Positions 8,032 through 17,436 of a stretch of 32,000 nucleotides of DNA are shown one piece after another. The translations under genes were made by a program, and so were the position numbers. Origin of the DNA: Candidatus Kuenenia stuttgartensis (GTDB lineage Bacteria > Planctomycetota > Brocadiia > Brocadiales > Brocadiaceae); the NCBI RefSeq assembly GCF_900232105.1, contig NZ_LT934425.1:120001-152000 (forward strand). The letters are read 5' to 3'. The notes under the pieces are model-generated. The model saw only the letters and a list, made by a program, of their open reading frames with translations. It had not been told where the DNA came from and did not search any database. The number at the start of each line of letters is the position of its first letter. Positions within the stretch are counted from its first letter, which is position 1.

Positions 8032-8910
8032 ATGATCAAATCTGCCTTTTTGCAAATAACGATTACCAGAGAACCTTCCTTTCTTTTTTCCGTAAAAGCA
8101 TCCCTTATTTATCTGATATTGTTAATTTTTCTTCTGTTAATACCTTTTCACACCGGGCTTACGGCCTTTGGCGAATCAAAGTGTACGATATATTTTTATA
8201 ACCCGGAATCAAATATCGACAACTATGCCTCTCTGAAAACAAAATTCGACCTGTACTTAAAAAAGATCGGCCCATACCAGTTTCAACCCTTCAGCGATAG
8301 AAAAACTTTTGAGAACAAAACCAGAGGTCAGCATAATTGCATTTTTATCCTCTCAAGCTGGTATTATAAAGAATTAAGGCATTTTACCTCTCTTAATCCC
8401 GTGCTCATTGGCACATTAGATGGCAATTCTATACAAAAAAAGGTGCTTATCGCCAAGAAAAACATCGATTCCCTGTCAATGCTGAAGGGCAGCAGCGTTG
8501 CTTCTTCAGGCAGTAAAGAATACACGGTAAAATTTCTCCAGTCGATGCTGACTGGAAATGACAAAAACATTCCGGAAACACTTCAAATTCTCAATGTTCC
8601 CAAGGATATTGATGCGCTTATCTCTGTTGGTTTTGGCCTCGTCCAGGCAGCATTGACCACTGAATACAGCATTGAGATGCTTGCGGACATAAATAATGGA
8701 TTATATAAAAACCTTTCCGTTCTTGCGGTAAATGAAAAATCCCTGCTCCCGGTTGTGGCAATACCGACAGAATACGGTAAGGGGACGACGGAGTTGCTGG
8801 AAATAATTAAAACTATGGGGGAAACGCCTGAGGGAAAAAGTAATCTTCAGATGTTTGGAATTGATGGCTGGAAAATGCCCGATGAAAGTGATTTGGAGTT
8901 ATTGCGTTAA
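8032..8910 (+). CDS. Periplasmic substrate-binding-like protein (PhnD/phosphonate-bd-like fold), not linked to a transporter
   Basis: N-terminal hydrophobic anchor. The central segment ...KKVLIAKKNIDSLSMLKGSSVASSGSKEYTVKFLQSML...IDALISVGFGLVQAALT resembles the PhnD-like SBP pattern (rk-d-s-i-sl-dLkGk-va...G-vDaa). No SD precedes the start. TATAAT ends 8 nt before the ATG. Confidence 0.55.
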   Translation: MIKSAFLQITITREPSFLFSVKASLIYLILLIFLLLIPFHTGLTAFGESKCTIYFYNPESNIDNYASLKTKFDLYLKKIGPYQFQPFSDRKTFENKTRGQHNCIFILSSWYYKELRHFTSLNPVLIGTLDGNSIQKKVLIAKKNIDSLSMLKGSSVASSGSKEYTVKFLQSMLTGNDKNIPETLQILNVPKDIDALISVGFGLVQAALTTEYSIEMLADINNGLYKNLSVLAVNEKSLLPVVAIPTEYGKGTTELLEIIKTMGETPEGKSNLQMFGIDGWKMPDESDLELLR

Positions 8911-8966
8911 CGGGTAGAACCCTCCTACCTGAAGAAGAGAGAGAAACCACATATAGAAAGTATTTC

Positions 8967-9953
8967 ATGATCATAACGGTTAAAAATCTGGCAAAAAAGA
9001 TAAAAAACTGCGCACGTAAAAAAGCGGCTGAAAGGGTTCTCCTTATCACGCTTTCGATGCTGCTGGTTGCGACGGCTTTTCTGGCCGGTATGTTACCGGC
9101 AGACGAAAAATGCGGGGCATTGATCATCAATTCCAATGAGTCGGTAAAAAAATATTCCATGATACAAACCGTATTTAAAACTCATTTTGATGGCGCAGTT
9201 GCAGAAATTGATATAGGGAGTAACTGGCTTGATGAAAAGGCCTTAGAAAAAACGCTATTAAACAAAAACCCCGATATGATTTTTTCTATAGGTTCAAAGG
9301 CTTACCTTCTGGCATGCAGGGTTGCGAAAGACGCCAATATCATTTACTCTTTGGGTATTAACTGGCAGCGTTTCGCGATAACCGACAAAACATATGTTAT
9401 CGCCAGCGAAGTACCTCCCCTTACAAACGCAATGATGTACCGCTATTTCTTTCCTGACATAAAAACGGTGGGCATTCTCTATAGCAAAAACCACAATAAA
9501 GAATGGTTCGGGGCAGCGGTTACCGAAGCCAAACAAGCCGGAATCCAAATTATAGGGAAGTCTATCGCAAAAGAAAAGGAGGTAAACAATGCGCTCAACT
9601 ACCTACTGCCAAAGGTTGATGCACTCTGGTTAATTTCAGACCCCGTTATTCTTTCCGGTATGGCACAGGTGAAAGAAATCTTTGCTCAATGCGATGCAAG
9701 AAAAATACCTGTCTTTTCCTATGACCAACTCTTTACAGATTTCGGCGCATCGTTTATTATTTCGGCGGATGTCGCCACAATGGGAAAACAAGCCGCTAAA
9801 ATAGCGCAAAATCTTTTATCAAACAAGGGCGCTGTCGAAAAGGTACAAAATCCGGCGGGCACTTATATAGCCATAAACGTTAAAAAACTGGAACTGTATG
9901 GCATAAAACTGAATACAAAGGCGTTTTCCTCTGTGAATGAGTTTATTGAATAA
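8967..9953 (+). CDS. ABC-transporter-type substrate-binding protein family (ABC_sub_bind-like), not linked to a transporter
   Basis: N-terminal anchor, then ...PDMIFSIGSKAYLLA...IKTVGILYSKNHNKEWFGAAVTEAKQAGIQIIGKSI...VDALWLISDPVIL...IPVFSYDQLFTDFGA...YIAINVKKLELYGIKL. This is the characteristic layout of that family. The gene ends 7 nt before the kinase gene. Confidence 0.7.
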   Translation: MIITVKNLAKKIKNCARKKAAERVLLITLSMLLVATAFLAGMLPADEKCGALIINSNESVKKYSMIQTVFKTHFDGAVAEIDIGSNWLDEKALEKTLLNKNPDMIFSIGSKAYLLACRVAKDANIIYSLGINWQRFAITDKTYVIASEVPPLTNAMMYRYFFPDIKTVGILYSKNHNKEWFGAAVTEAKQAGIQIIGKSIAKEKEVNNALNYLLPKVDALWLISDPVILSGMAQVKEIFAQCDARKIPVFSYDQLFTDFGASFIISADVATMGKQAAKIAQNLLSNKGAVEKVQNPAGTYIAINVKKLELYGIKLNTKAFSSVNEFIE

Positions 9954-9960
9954 ATAACAT

Positions 9961-12864
9961 ATGACAATGAATATCCGGACAAGAAACAGTATAAAATGGA
10001 AACTCCTTATCACAATGCTGGGGTTGATTATTGGTCTTCTGACAATATTGACCCTTGTTCAGATTTATTCTCAAAAGGAAATATTGACAGGGGAACTTGA
10101 ACAACGGATTGAGTTAATAAAGGATAATCTGCGCAAGCAGGGAAAAACCCTTTCCGACAATCTGGCGTTTCAGGTGGAAGATGCGCTTGCATCATTTAAC
10201 CTCCTTGATATCTTCAGCAAGACTAATAAAGCCGTGAGGGAAAATACCGATTTGAAATATATCATCCTCGCCGATTTAAAAGGTTTTGCACTCATTCACA
10301 CATTAAAACCAGAACTGAATGACAGTATCCTCTCAGGCGGTGACGATACATTTGCGATAGCTCAAAAAAATGCAACCATCAATGAGTTTGAAAAAGACGG
10401 GACACCCTATATGGAATTTATCGTGCCCATTCACGTCAGCGCTGATCAGTGGGGAGCATTGCGGCTCGGATATTCACTGGAAAACCTCTACCAGATACTC
10501 TCCGCTTCACGCCACAAAATTAAAGAGCAGATATTCAACATTATAATACGTTCCGGTCTGACGACTATCGTCTTTATTGCGATCGGTTCATGCCTGGTGC
10601 TTTTTCTTTCTTCCCGGCTCGCACAACCGCTTATAAAACTTGCGCAAATGGCACAAGAACTTGCAAATGGAAATTTTTCCGTTTCAGAAAACAGCATCCT
10701 TAACTCGAAAGATGAAATCGGCGTGCTCGCACAAACATTCTCCATCATGTCAAAGGAGCTAAAGAATTACTATGAAATACTGGAAGATTACAGCCATTCG
10801 CTGGCAATGCGGGTGGAAGAACGGACGGCGGAACTGCTGAAATCAAATAACCTTTTAAAGCAGGAAATCGATGAACGCCATCGGATTGAAGCGGAACTGG
10901 AAAAAGCCAGGGAAGCAGCAGTCGCCGCCAATAATGCCAAAAGCGAATTTCTCGCCAGCATGAGTCATGAAATCCGCACCCCCATGAACGCTATTATAGG
11001 CATGTCAGACTTATTATGGGAAACAATGTTGACGCCCAAACAGTCTGAATACGTTAAGGTGTTCCGCAACGCAGGGGAAAATCTCCTCCAGATAATCAAC
11101 GACATCCTTGATCTTTCCAAGGTAGAGGCAGGGCAAATCACCATTGAACACATTGAATTTAATCTGCGTGAACAAATAGAAAAGACGTGCGAAGTCATGG
11201 CGTTCCGCGCCCACGAGAAAGGCCTCGAATTGAACTGCCATTTAGCCGAGGATATTCCTACTTCTTTCATCGGCGACCCGGTGCGTTTGCATCAGATACT
11301 AACAAACTTAATTGGAAATGCCATTAAATTTACCAGGACAGGAGAGATTCTTCTGACGGGAAAACGTAATAAACTGCCCGGCAAAAAAGGCATGCTGCTT
11401 TTTTTGGTTTCTGATACCGGAATAGGCCTTCCGGAAGAAAAGCAAAGTATTATTTTTAATATTTTTTCACAGGTGGATTCTTCCACTACGCGCCAATATG
11501 GTGGAACAGGGCTGGGACTTGCAATCTGCAAACGCCTGGTTGAATTAATGGATGGAGAAATCTGGGTAGAAAGCACCCCGGGCAAAGGAAGCACCTTTTA
11601 TTTTACCGTAACCTTTGATGTTCATCCTAAACCTCAGGAACAAAAAGAAATACCGTTATCGGGCGCTGAAAAACCTTACGTCCTGATAATAGACGACAAT
11701 GCCACAAACCGCATGATATTACGTGATATGCTGCACGGATGGGATATTCCCGTCGCCGAAGCAGAAGGCGGAGAAAATGGTATAAACGAACTCAAACGGG
11801 CAAGGAACGCCGGAACACCTTACAACCTCCTTCTCCTTGATTGTCGCATGCCCGGCATGGACGGGTTTCAGATTGCGCGTTCCGTCAAGAACGATCCGGA
11901 GCTTGCCGGTCTGATTATTATGATGTTCACCTCTGACAATAAAAGCGGGGATGTGGCAAGGGCAAAAGAATTAGGAATAACCACATATCTGGTGAAACCC
12001 ATCAAAAGACATGACCTTCTCACCAGCATTAACGCCGTCATAGACCCACAAAAGACCATACCGTTTACCGGGCCGGCATCTCGCACCGTTATTCAAATAC
12101 CTGAAAGCGTTCCCACCCGGCAGCTCTTGCTGGTTGAAGATTACTATCACAACCGGGTACTGATACAAGCCTATCTTAATAAAACAAACTTTAAAGTGGA
12201 CGTGGTGGAAAATGGACTTGAATGTCTGGAAAAATTTAAAAACGAAAAGTACGATCTTGTATTAATGGATATACAAATGCCCGTAATGGATGGTTATACC
12301 GCAACAAGGGAAATAAGAAGATACGAAATGGAACTCGGGCTGAAAGCAACGCCTGTTATTGCATTAACAGCTCATGCATTTAAAGGAGATGAACAAAAAA
12401 GCATCGACGCCGGGTGCAATTGCCACCTGATTAAGCCAATAAAAAAACAAACGCTTATCGACGCCATACATAAATATGTCCCTTTGCATGCAAATTACAC
12501 ACCGGCGACAGACGGAGAAAAAGCGGCATTTTCAGCAGGTAAGGTTACGAATGAAATTACTGTTGAAAATAAATTATTTGTTTCAATTAATCCGATATTT
12601 AAAAATGTTACTCCTGAATTTATTGAAGACGTACGAAGCGATATAATGACGATGACTGCCGCATTACAGAACACAGACTACAAAACAATCGAAACACTGG
12701 CGCACCGGTTAAAAGGGGCAAGCGGAGGCTATGGTTTTGACGAACTTACCGACATGGGGAAATTCCTTGAAATAAGCGCTAAAAACAGACACGTAGCAGA
12801 AATGCAGAAATGGATTCACGCAATGTCACAGTACATTGAACAAGTGGAGATTGTCTATGAATAA
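9961..12864 (+). CDS. Hybrid sensor histidine kinase (2 TM + periplasmic sensor domain, HAMP, HisKA, HATPase_c, REC, REC, Hpt)
   Basis: Two hydrophobic segments flank a region of about 160 aa. H-box [16 protein letters not shown] boxes [10 protein letters not shown] / DTGIGL / [12 protein letters not shown]1 is [11 protein letters not shown]...[13 protein letters not shown]...KP. REC2 is [11 protein letters not shown]...[13 protein letters not shown]...KP. C-terminal Hpt is [13 protein letters not shown]. Confidence 0.93.
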   Translation: MTMNIRTRNSIKWKLLITMLGLIIGLLTILTLVQIYSQKEILTGELEQRIELIKDNLRKQGKTLSDNLAFQVEDALASFNLLDIFSKTNKAVRENTDLKYIILADLKGFALIHTLKPELNDSILSGGDDTFAIAQKNATINEFEKDGTPYMEFIVPIHVSADQWGALRLGYSLENLYQILSASRHKIKEQIFNIIIRSGLTTIVFIAIGSCLVLFLSSRLAQPLIKLAQMAQELANGNFSVSENSILNSKDEIGVLAQTFSIMSKELKNYYEILEDYSHSLAMRVEERTAELLKSNNLLKQEIDERHRIEAELEKAREAAVAANNAKSEFLASMSHEIRTPMNAIIGMSDLLWETMLTPKQSEYVKVFRNAGENLLQIINDILDLSKVEAGQITIEHIEFNLREQIEKTCEVMAFRAHEKGLELNCHLAEDIPTSFIGDPVRLHQILTNLIGNAIKFTRTGEILLTGKRNKLPGKKGMLLFLVSDTGIGLPEEKQSIIFNIFSQVDSSTTRQYGGTGLGLAICKRLVELMDGEIWVESTPGKGSTFYFTVTFDVHPKPQEQKEIPLSGAEKPYVLIIDDNATNRMILRDMLHGWDIPVAEAEGGENGINELKRARNAGTPYNLLLLDCRMPGMDGFQIARSVKNDPELAGLIIMMFTSDNKSGDVARAKELGITTYLVKPIKRHDLLTSINAVIDPQKTIPFTGPASRTVIQIPESVPTRQLLLVEDYYHNRVLIQAYLNKTNFKVDVVENGLECLEKFKNEKYDLVLMDIQMPVMDGYTATREIRRYEMELGLKATPVIALTAHAFKGDEQKSIDAGCNCHLIKPIKKQTLIDAIHKYVPLHANYTPATDGEKAAFSAGKVTNEITVENKLFVSINPIFKNVTPEFIEDVRSDIMTMTAALQNTDYKTIETLAHRLKGASGGYGFDELTDMGKFLEISAKNRHVAEMQKWIHAMSQYIEQVEIVYE

Positions 12865-12922
12865 CACGATACCGGGAACATTTTAATTTTTTGGGAAAAA
12901 AATTACCTATAGGGGCTATGAT

Positions 12923-12954
12923 TTGTAATAGCAAGGCATGCCTTGCCGTTACAA
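12923..12954 (+). terminator. Stem-loop 59 nt after the kinase stop (TTGTAA-ta-GCAAGGCATGCCTTGC-cg-TTACAA)
   Basis: A 16-nt perfect palindrome is flanked by a further 6-bp pairing. It is followed by gaaaaatgTTTTATT. Confidence 0.5.
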
Positions 12955-13113
12955 GAAAAATGTTTTATTCCTGATTAATACGAGAAAAGGCCTTGTTTCA
13001 CTCTTATAATTCCGATACCATAAAAATCCGGTTACGGTATAATAATGTTTTTTAAACATATATAATGACTATTTGAAGGTCAGTTTGAACAGTTTTAAAT
13101 TTGGGGGAAAATT

Positions 13114-13359
13114 ATGAAAGACGAAGAACTCTTAAAACGCATTACCTTCGATTCTTTAATTTTCAACGGAAAGCCAATTATTCGCGGAATGCGGATAGCT
13201 GTTGAACATATACTTGGAATGCTTGCCAGCGGTTCAACAATTGAAGAACTATTAGAAGGCTATCCCTTTTTGGAAAAAGAAGATATCCAGGCATGTTTGA
13301 TCTATGCATATCGAATGGTTGCTCATGATAGGATTGAACCAGCCCTGGTAAAGAATTGA
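13114..13359 (+). CDS. DUF433-family small protein (putative antitoxin)
   Basis: 81 aa. ...GKPIIRGMRIAVEHILGMLASGSTIEELLEGYPFLEKEDIQACLIYA is the DUF433 pattern (G-x-P-x-i-x-G-tRi-v...il...G-s-eei...yp-l). GGGGG SD upstream. The stop overlaps the start of the next gene. Confidence 0.8.
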   Translation: MKDEELLKRITFDSLIFNGKPIIRGMRIAVEHILGMLASGSTIEELLEGYPFLEKEDIQACLIYAYRMVAHDRIEPALVKN

Positions 13360-13712
13360 CCATGCAATTTTTACTTGACAGTTGTATTTCAAGTTTTGCG
13401 GTAAGAGATCTAAGAAGCGCAAATTATAATGCTTTATGGATACCTGAGGGTGGTGAGGATCCTGGAGACGAAGTGATTATGAGGAGGGCGCTTGATGAAA
13501 ACCTGATACTGGTTACAGCAGATAAGGATTTTGGAGAACTTATTTTTATCTATAATAAACCTCACCCGGCAATAATAAGATTGGTAGATATTCCCGCCAA
13601 AGACCAGGGGAAAATACTACTGCGATTAATAGAAAAGCATAAAGACATTCTTGAAAAAAAAGTAATAATTACAGTTGACAGATATCGTGTTCGCATACGT
13701 ATAAACGAATGA
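13356..13712 (+). CDS. PIN-like/Mut7-C-like small protein (DUF5615-type putative toxin); start is TTG 13356 or ATG 13362
   Basis: 118 aa. FLLDSCIS...ILVTADKDFGELIF... resembles the acidic-residue pattern of small PIN-like nucleases that pair with DUF433 genes. The 4-nt overlap with the upstream gene is a typical TA arrangement. Confidence 0.65.
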   Translation: MTMQFLLDSCISSFAVRDLRSANYNALWIPEGGEDPGDEVIMRRALDENLILVTADKDFGELIFIYNKPHPAIIRLVDIPAKDQGKILLRLIEKHKDILEKKVIITVDRYRVRIRINE

Positions 13713-13743
13713 CCCATTGTTAAGAAACAAGTATAAATTGTCT

Positions 13744-14751
13744 ATGAATAACCCGATACTCGTCGTTGACGACTCCAAACACGTACAAAGACAGATAGAA
13801 ATATTTTTAATACCGGAAGGATTTTCACGATTATTTTTTGTCAATTCCGCTCAGGAAGCATTTCATTTATTGGGTTTGGATGATGAAAACTCAAAAAATA
13901 GAAAATGTGAAATTGATTTAATCCTTATGGATATTAACATGCCAGGTACAAACGGAGTGGAAGCCTGCCTGAAAATAAATGCAACAAGGCATTTAAAAAA
14001 TATTCCAATCATAGTGATAACGGCGGAGGATACGGATGAAGGATTAAAACAGGCATTTGGCGCCGGTGCGATAGACTATATAAAAAAACCTTTAAATCCG
14101 GTCGAATTAATCGCACGGGTGAGTTCTGTACTTAAATTAAAAAAAGAAATGGATGAGCGCGAAAACAGAGAGAAAGAACTGCTTACGCTTGCGCAGGTGC
14201 TGGAAAAAACAAACCAGGAATTACAACAGGCAAATGAAAAGCTTCATCAGCTCTCGCGGACCGATAGTCTGACAGGACTCGCTAACAGGCGCTTTTTCGA
14301 CGAAATGCTGCACAATGAATGGAAACAATCCGTCAGATTGGCAAAACCGCTATCCCTATTGATGATTGATATTGATTTCTTCAAAAACTATAACGATACC
14401 TACGGCCATCAGAAAGGTGATGAATGCCTTAAACGAGTATCAATGGCCATCCTCAGCGCCCTGAAAAGAGAGTGCGACATAATTGCACGTTACGGCGGAG
14501 AGGAGTTTGTCGCCCTGCTTTCTGATACAGATGAAAGCGGTGCCGTTATGGTTGCAAAGGCAATGCAATCGAATATTGAGGCGATGAACATACCCCACAA
14601 AGATTCCAATGCCAGCGGCAGAATCACCGTAAGCATTGGCATTTCAAACGAGGTTCCAAGCGCCGCCTCGTCTCCCGAAAAGTTAATTTCCAAAGCAGAC
14701 AAAGCGCTTTATCTTGCAAAATACGAAGGACGCAATCTTATTAAATGGTAG
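13744..14751 (+). CDS. Response-regulator diguanylate cyclase (REC-coiled coil-GGDEF)
   Basis: REC is MNNPILVVDDS...DLILMDINMPGTNG...KP. A coiled-coil linker follows. GGDEF domain is DSLTGLANRRFF...IDIDFFKNYNDTYGHQKGDECL...RECDIIARYGGEEFVALL. An RxxD I-site (RECD) lies five residues before GGEEF. I chose the ATG at 13744; the ORF track starts at TTG 13717. Confidence 0.92.
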   Translation: MNNPILVVDDSKHVQRQIEIFLIPEGFSRLFFVNSAQEAFHLLGLDDENSKNRKCEIDLILMDINMPGTNGVEACLKINATRHLKNIPIIVITAEDTDEGLKQAFGAGAIDYIKKPLNPVELIARVSSVLKLKKEMDERENREKELLTLAQVLEKTNQELQQANEKLHQLSRTDSLTGLANRRFFDEMLHNEWKQSVRLAKPLSLLMIDIDFFKNYNDTYGHQKGDECLKRVSMAILSALKRECDIIARYGGEEFVALLSDTDESGAVMVAKAMQSNIEAMNIPHKDSNASGRITVSIGISNEVPSAASSPEKLISKADKALYLAKYEGRNLIKW

Positions 14752-14757
14752 ATTATT

Positions 14758-17418
14758 ATGAATTTTGAACTAAACGCAATAGTCATGCCCAACGGCACTT
14801 TACAGTTGGAGTGGAATGAAGTAAAGGAAAGGATAGACAAAAATCAACAACTGCTGCAAAATGAGATACACAGCCGTTTTAAAACCGATTTTAAATCCTT
14901 CCTTTTATTCCTTAGCTTTTCAGACCAATCCATCCCGCTCTCACCATCCCTTGATTACTGGCGATATTTCACTTCTGAATTTTCAAATAAGCTGCGCCAT
15001 ATACCCGATCTTGAAACTATCAGAAACAACATAGCCATTCCATTAGGGAAAGAAGATATTGCTGAGATGCTGATTCGTGCCCCACTCATGACGGGTTTCG
15101 AGTACCTTAACGCCGAACTTCTTAAACTGCTTTGGCATATGCTCAATGCGCAATTTCAATACGAAATCAGTATTTACCGGGGAACGGTAGAGGATTTCAT
15201 CCATACCTACAGCCCTGATTTACATATTGTCGGACGCATTTATTTTCATCTCGTTGAAAATAAACGGCAGGATTATCCCTTTGCTTTTCTCGCCACCTAT
15301 TCCACCCAAGGCGACAAACAGGGCAAATCAAAACACCTCCCCTTAAAATACGCATTGACGGAATATGGAGGGAACAATGAAAAACTGCTGGACCTTCTTT
15401 CCACCGTACACCTTGCGGCAAAAGAAAGCGATCTGATCTCCCATCTCGTTGACTCCGGCGAACTGTTTCATCCACTGGCATGGGACGAAAAGGAAGCGTA
15501 CCGCTTTCTGAAAGAAATTCCCACATATGAAAAATACGGTATCCTGTGCCGTATCCCCAACTGGTGGAAATCTGCATCATCTCCGCTTAAGGTAAACATT
15601 CAGTTAGAGGGCAAAAAAGAAACCTTTCTTGGAATGGACTCACTACTCGATTTCAACGTCAACCTGCTTCTTGGCGATACGCCTGTTACCGAAGAGGAGG
15701 CAAGAAGGCTGCTGGCGGAGACTGACGGTCTGGCATACATCAAGGGCAAATGGGTTGCCGTTGACGCCGAAAAGCTTGAACAGGTTCTTCACGCCTATGA
15801 GAACGCCCGCAAATTAACGGAAGATAAGCATTTCAGCCTGCGGGACGCACTAAGGCTGCAACTGAACCCGAACAATTTGCTTGGTTTGACTGAAAATGAT
15901 GACAATATTGAAGTATCAAACGGAAAGTGGCTGGAGCAAGTAATGGAAAAACTGGCAAACCATGACTTGATTCCCCCGGCATGTTTGGATCACACCTTTA
16001 AGGCACAGCTCAGACCCTATCAGGAAAAAGGTGTTAATTGGCTTTGTTTTCTGGATTCCCTGCACTTCGGGGCATGCCTGGCTGATGATATGGGGCTTGG
16101 CAAGACGATACAAATACTGGCATTTCTGCATCTTCTGAAGAATAAAAAAAAGAAAAACGCCAGTCTGCTGATAATCCCAGCATCCCTCATATCAAACTGG
16201 AGCAATGAAATAAACCGTTTTGCGCCCGATCTGAACTATTTTGTCGCCCATCCGGAAGCACACAAAGATAAAAAATTTGAGGTAAAAGATGAAGAATCGC
16301 TCAACAAACTTGATCTTGTAATCACTACATACACCCTTGTACAAAAATATGAATGGCTGAAAACATATGTATGGCATTATGTAATCCTGGACGAAGCACA
16401 GGCAATTAAAAATCCAGGCACAAAACAGACACGTAATATAAAAACATTACAATCACAAAATAGAATTATCATGACAGGAACTCCAGTTGAAAACCGGCTG
16501 TCTGATCTGTGGTCATTGTTTGATTTTCTGAACCCCGGCCTGCTCGGAAACGCAAAAGAGTTCGGCGAATTTGCGGGCAGCGTTAAAAAGAATCACACCG
16601 GATACACCCGGTTAAAGAAGATCATCAGCCCGTATATTTTAAGAAGATTAAAGACCTACAAAACGGTCATTTCCGACCTGCCGGAAAAGGTTGAAATGTA
16701 CACCTACGCCGGGTTAAGCAGAAAGCAGGTCGTCCTGTACCAAAACACCGTTAAAGAACTGTCAAAAAAACTCGAAGCAACAGAAGGCGTTCAGCGAAGG
16801 GGCCTCATTTTGGCGTCATTAATGAAATTTAAGCAGCTTTGCAACCACCCTGACCAGTTTCTTGGAACAGGCGGATATGAAGAGGCTGACAGCGGAAAAT
16901 TTATGCGGCTGCGTGAAATTTGCGAAACGATCTATGAAAAGCGGGAGAAGGTACTAATCTTCACCCAATTTAAAGAAATAACCGGCCACCTGCACGCATT
17001 TTTGAAAACAATATTTGGACGCGAGGGACTGGTAATGCACGGGAGCGTCTCCGTTGGCATGAGGAAAAATATTGTAGAACAATTTCAGAACCGGGAGTAT
17101 ATTCCTTATATGGTATTGTCGCTAAAGGCTGGAGGCGTCGGGTTAAATCTGACAGAGGCAAATCACGTCATCCACTTCGACAGATGGTGGAATCCCGCCG
17201 TTGAGAACCAGGCGACAGACCGGGCGTTTCGCATCGGACAAAAGAAGAACGTTATCGTGCATAAATTCATAACGAAGGGAACTATTGAGGAAAAAATCAA
17301 TGATATGTTGCGTGAAAAAACAAAATTAACGACAGACGTTATACAAGTCACCGGCGAGTCCATGATAACAGAAATGGAAAATAAAGCGCTGGTTGACCTT
17401 TTCAAATTAACATTATAA
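14758..17418 (+). CDS. SNF2-family ATPase/helicase with an N-terminal bacterial SNF2-associated domain
   Basis: Motif I LADDMGLGKTIQ, motif II VILDEAQAIKN, motif III MTGTPVENRLSDLWSLFDF, and C-terminal lobe SLKAGGVGLNLTEANHVIHFDRWWNPAVENQATDRAFRIGQ. The N-terminal 400 aa end in ...DGLAYIKGKWVAVDAEKLE, typical of the bacterial SNF2-associated region. The gene starts 6 nt after the GGDEF gene stop. Confidence 0.93.
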   Translation: MNFELNAIVMPNGTLQLEWNEVKERIDKNQQLLQNEIHSRFKTDFKSFLLFLSFSDQSIPLSPSLDYWRYFTSEFSNKLRHIPDLETIRNNIAIPLGKEDIAEMLIRAPLMTGFEYLNAELLKLLWHMLNAQFQYEISIYRGTVEDFIHTYSPDLHIVGRIYFHLVENKRQDYPFAFLATYSTQGDKQGKSKHLPLKYALTEYGGNNEKLLDLLSTVHLAAKESDLISHLVDSGELFHPLAWDEKEAYRFLKEIPTYEKYGILCRIPNWWKSASSPLKVNIQLEGKKETFLGMDSLLDFNVNLLLGDTPVTEEEARRLLAETDGLAYIKGKWVAVDAEKLEQVLHAYENARKLTEDKHFSLRDALRLQLNPNNLLGLTENDDNIEVSNGKWLEQVMEKLANHDLIPPACLDHTFKAQLRPYQEKGVNWLCFLDSLHFGACLADDMGLGKTIQILAFLHLLKNKKKKNASLLIIPASLISNWSNEINRFAPDLNYFVAHPEAHKDKKFEVKDEESLNKLDLVITTYTLVQKYEWLKTYVWHYVILDEAQAIKNPGTKQTRNIKTLQSQNRIIMTGTPVENRLSDLWSLFDFLNPGLLGNAKEFGEFAGSVKKNHTGYTRLKKIISPYILRRLKTYKTVISDLPEKVEMYTYAGLSRKQVVLYQNTVKELSKKLEATEGVQRRGLILASLMKFKQLCNHPDQFLGTGGYEEADSGKFMRLREICETIYEKREKVLIFTQFKEITGHLHAFLKTIFGREGLVMHGSVSVGMRKNIVEQFQNREYIPYMVLSLKAGGVGLNLTEANHVIHFDRWWNPAVENQATDRAFRIGQKKNVIVHKFITKGTIEEKINDMLREKTKLTTDVIQVTGESMITEMENKALVDLFKLTL

Positions 17419-17436
17419 TGGAGGAAAGAGGCAATT

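Noticed and set aside
706-12168. Numerous 60-100-aa ORFs in the track lying antisense to or nested inside atpB, hemL, purN, the receptor and the kinase genes
   Set aside because: All are embedded in longer ORFs that have clear family signatures on the opposite strand or in another frame.
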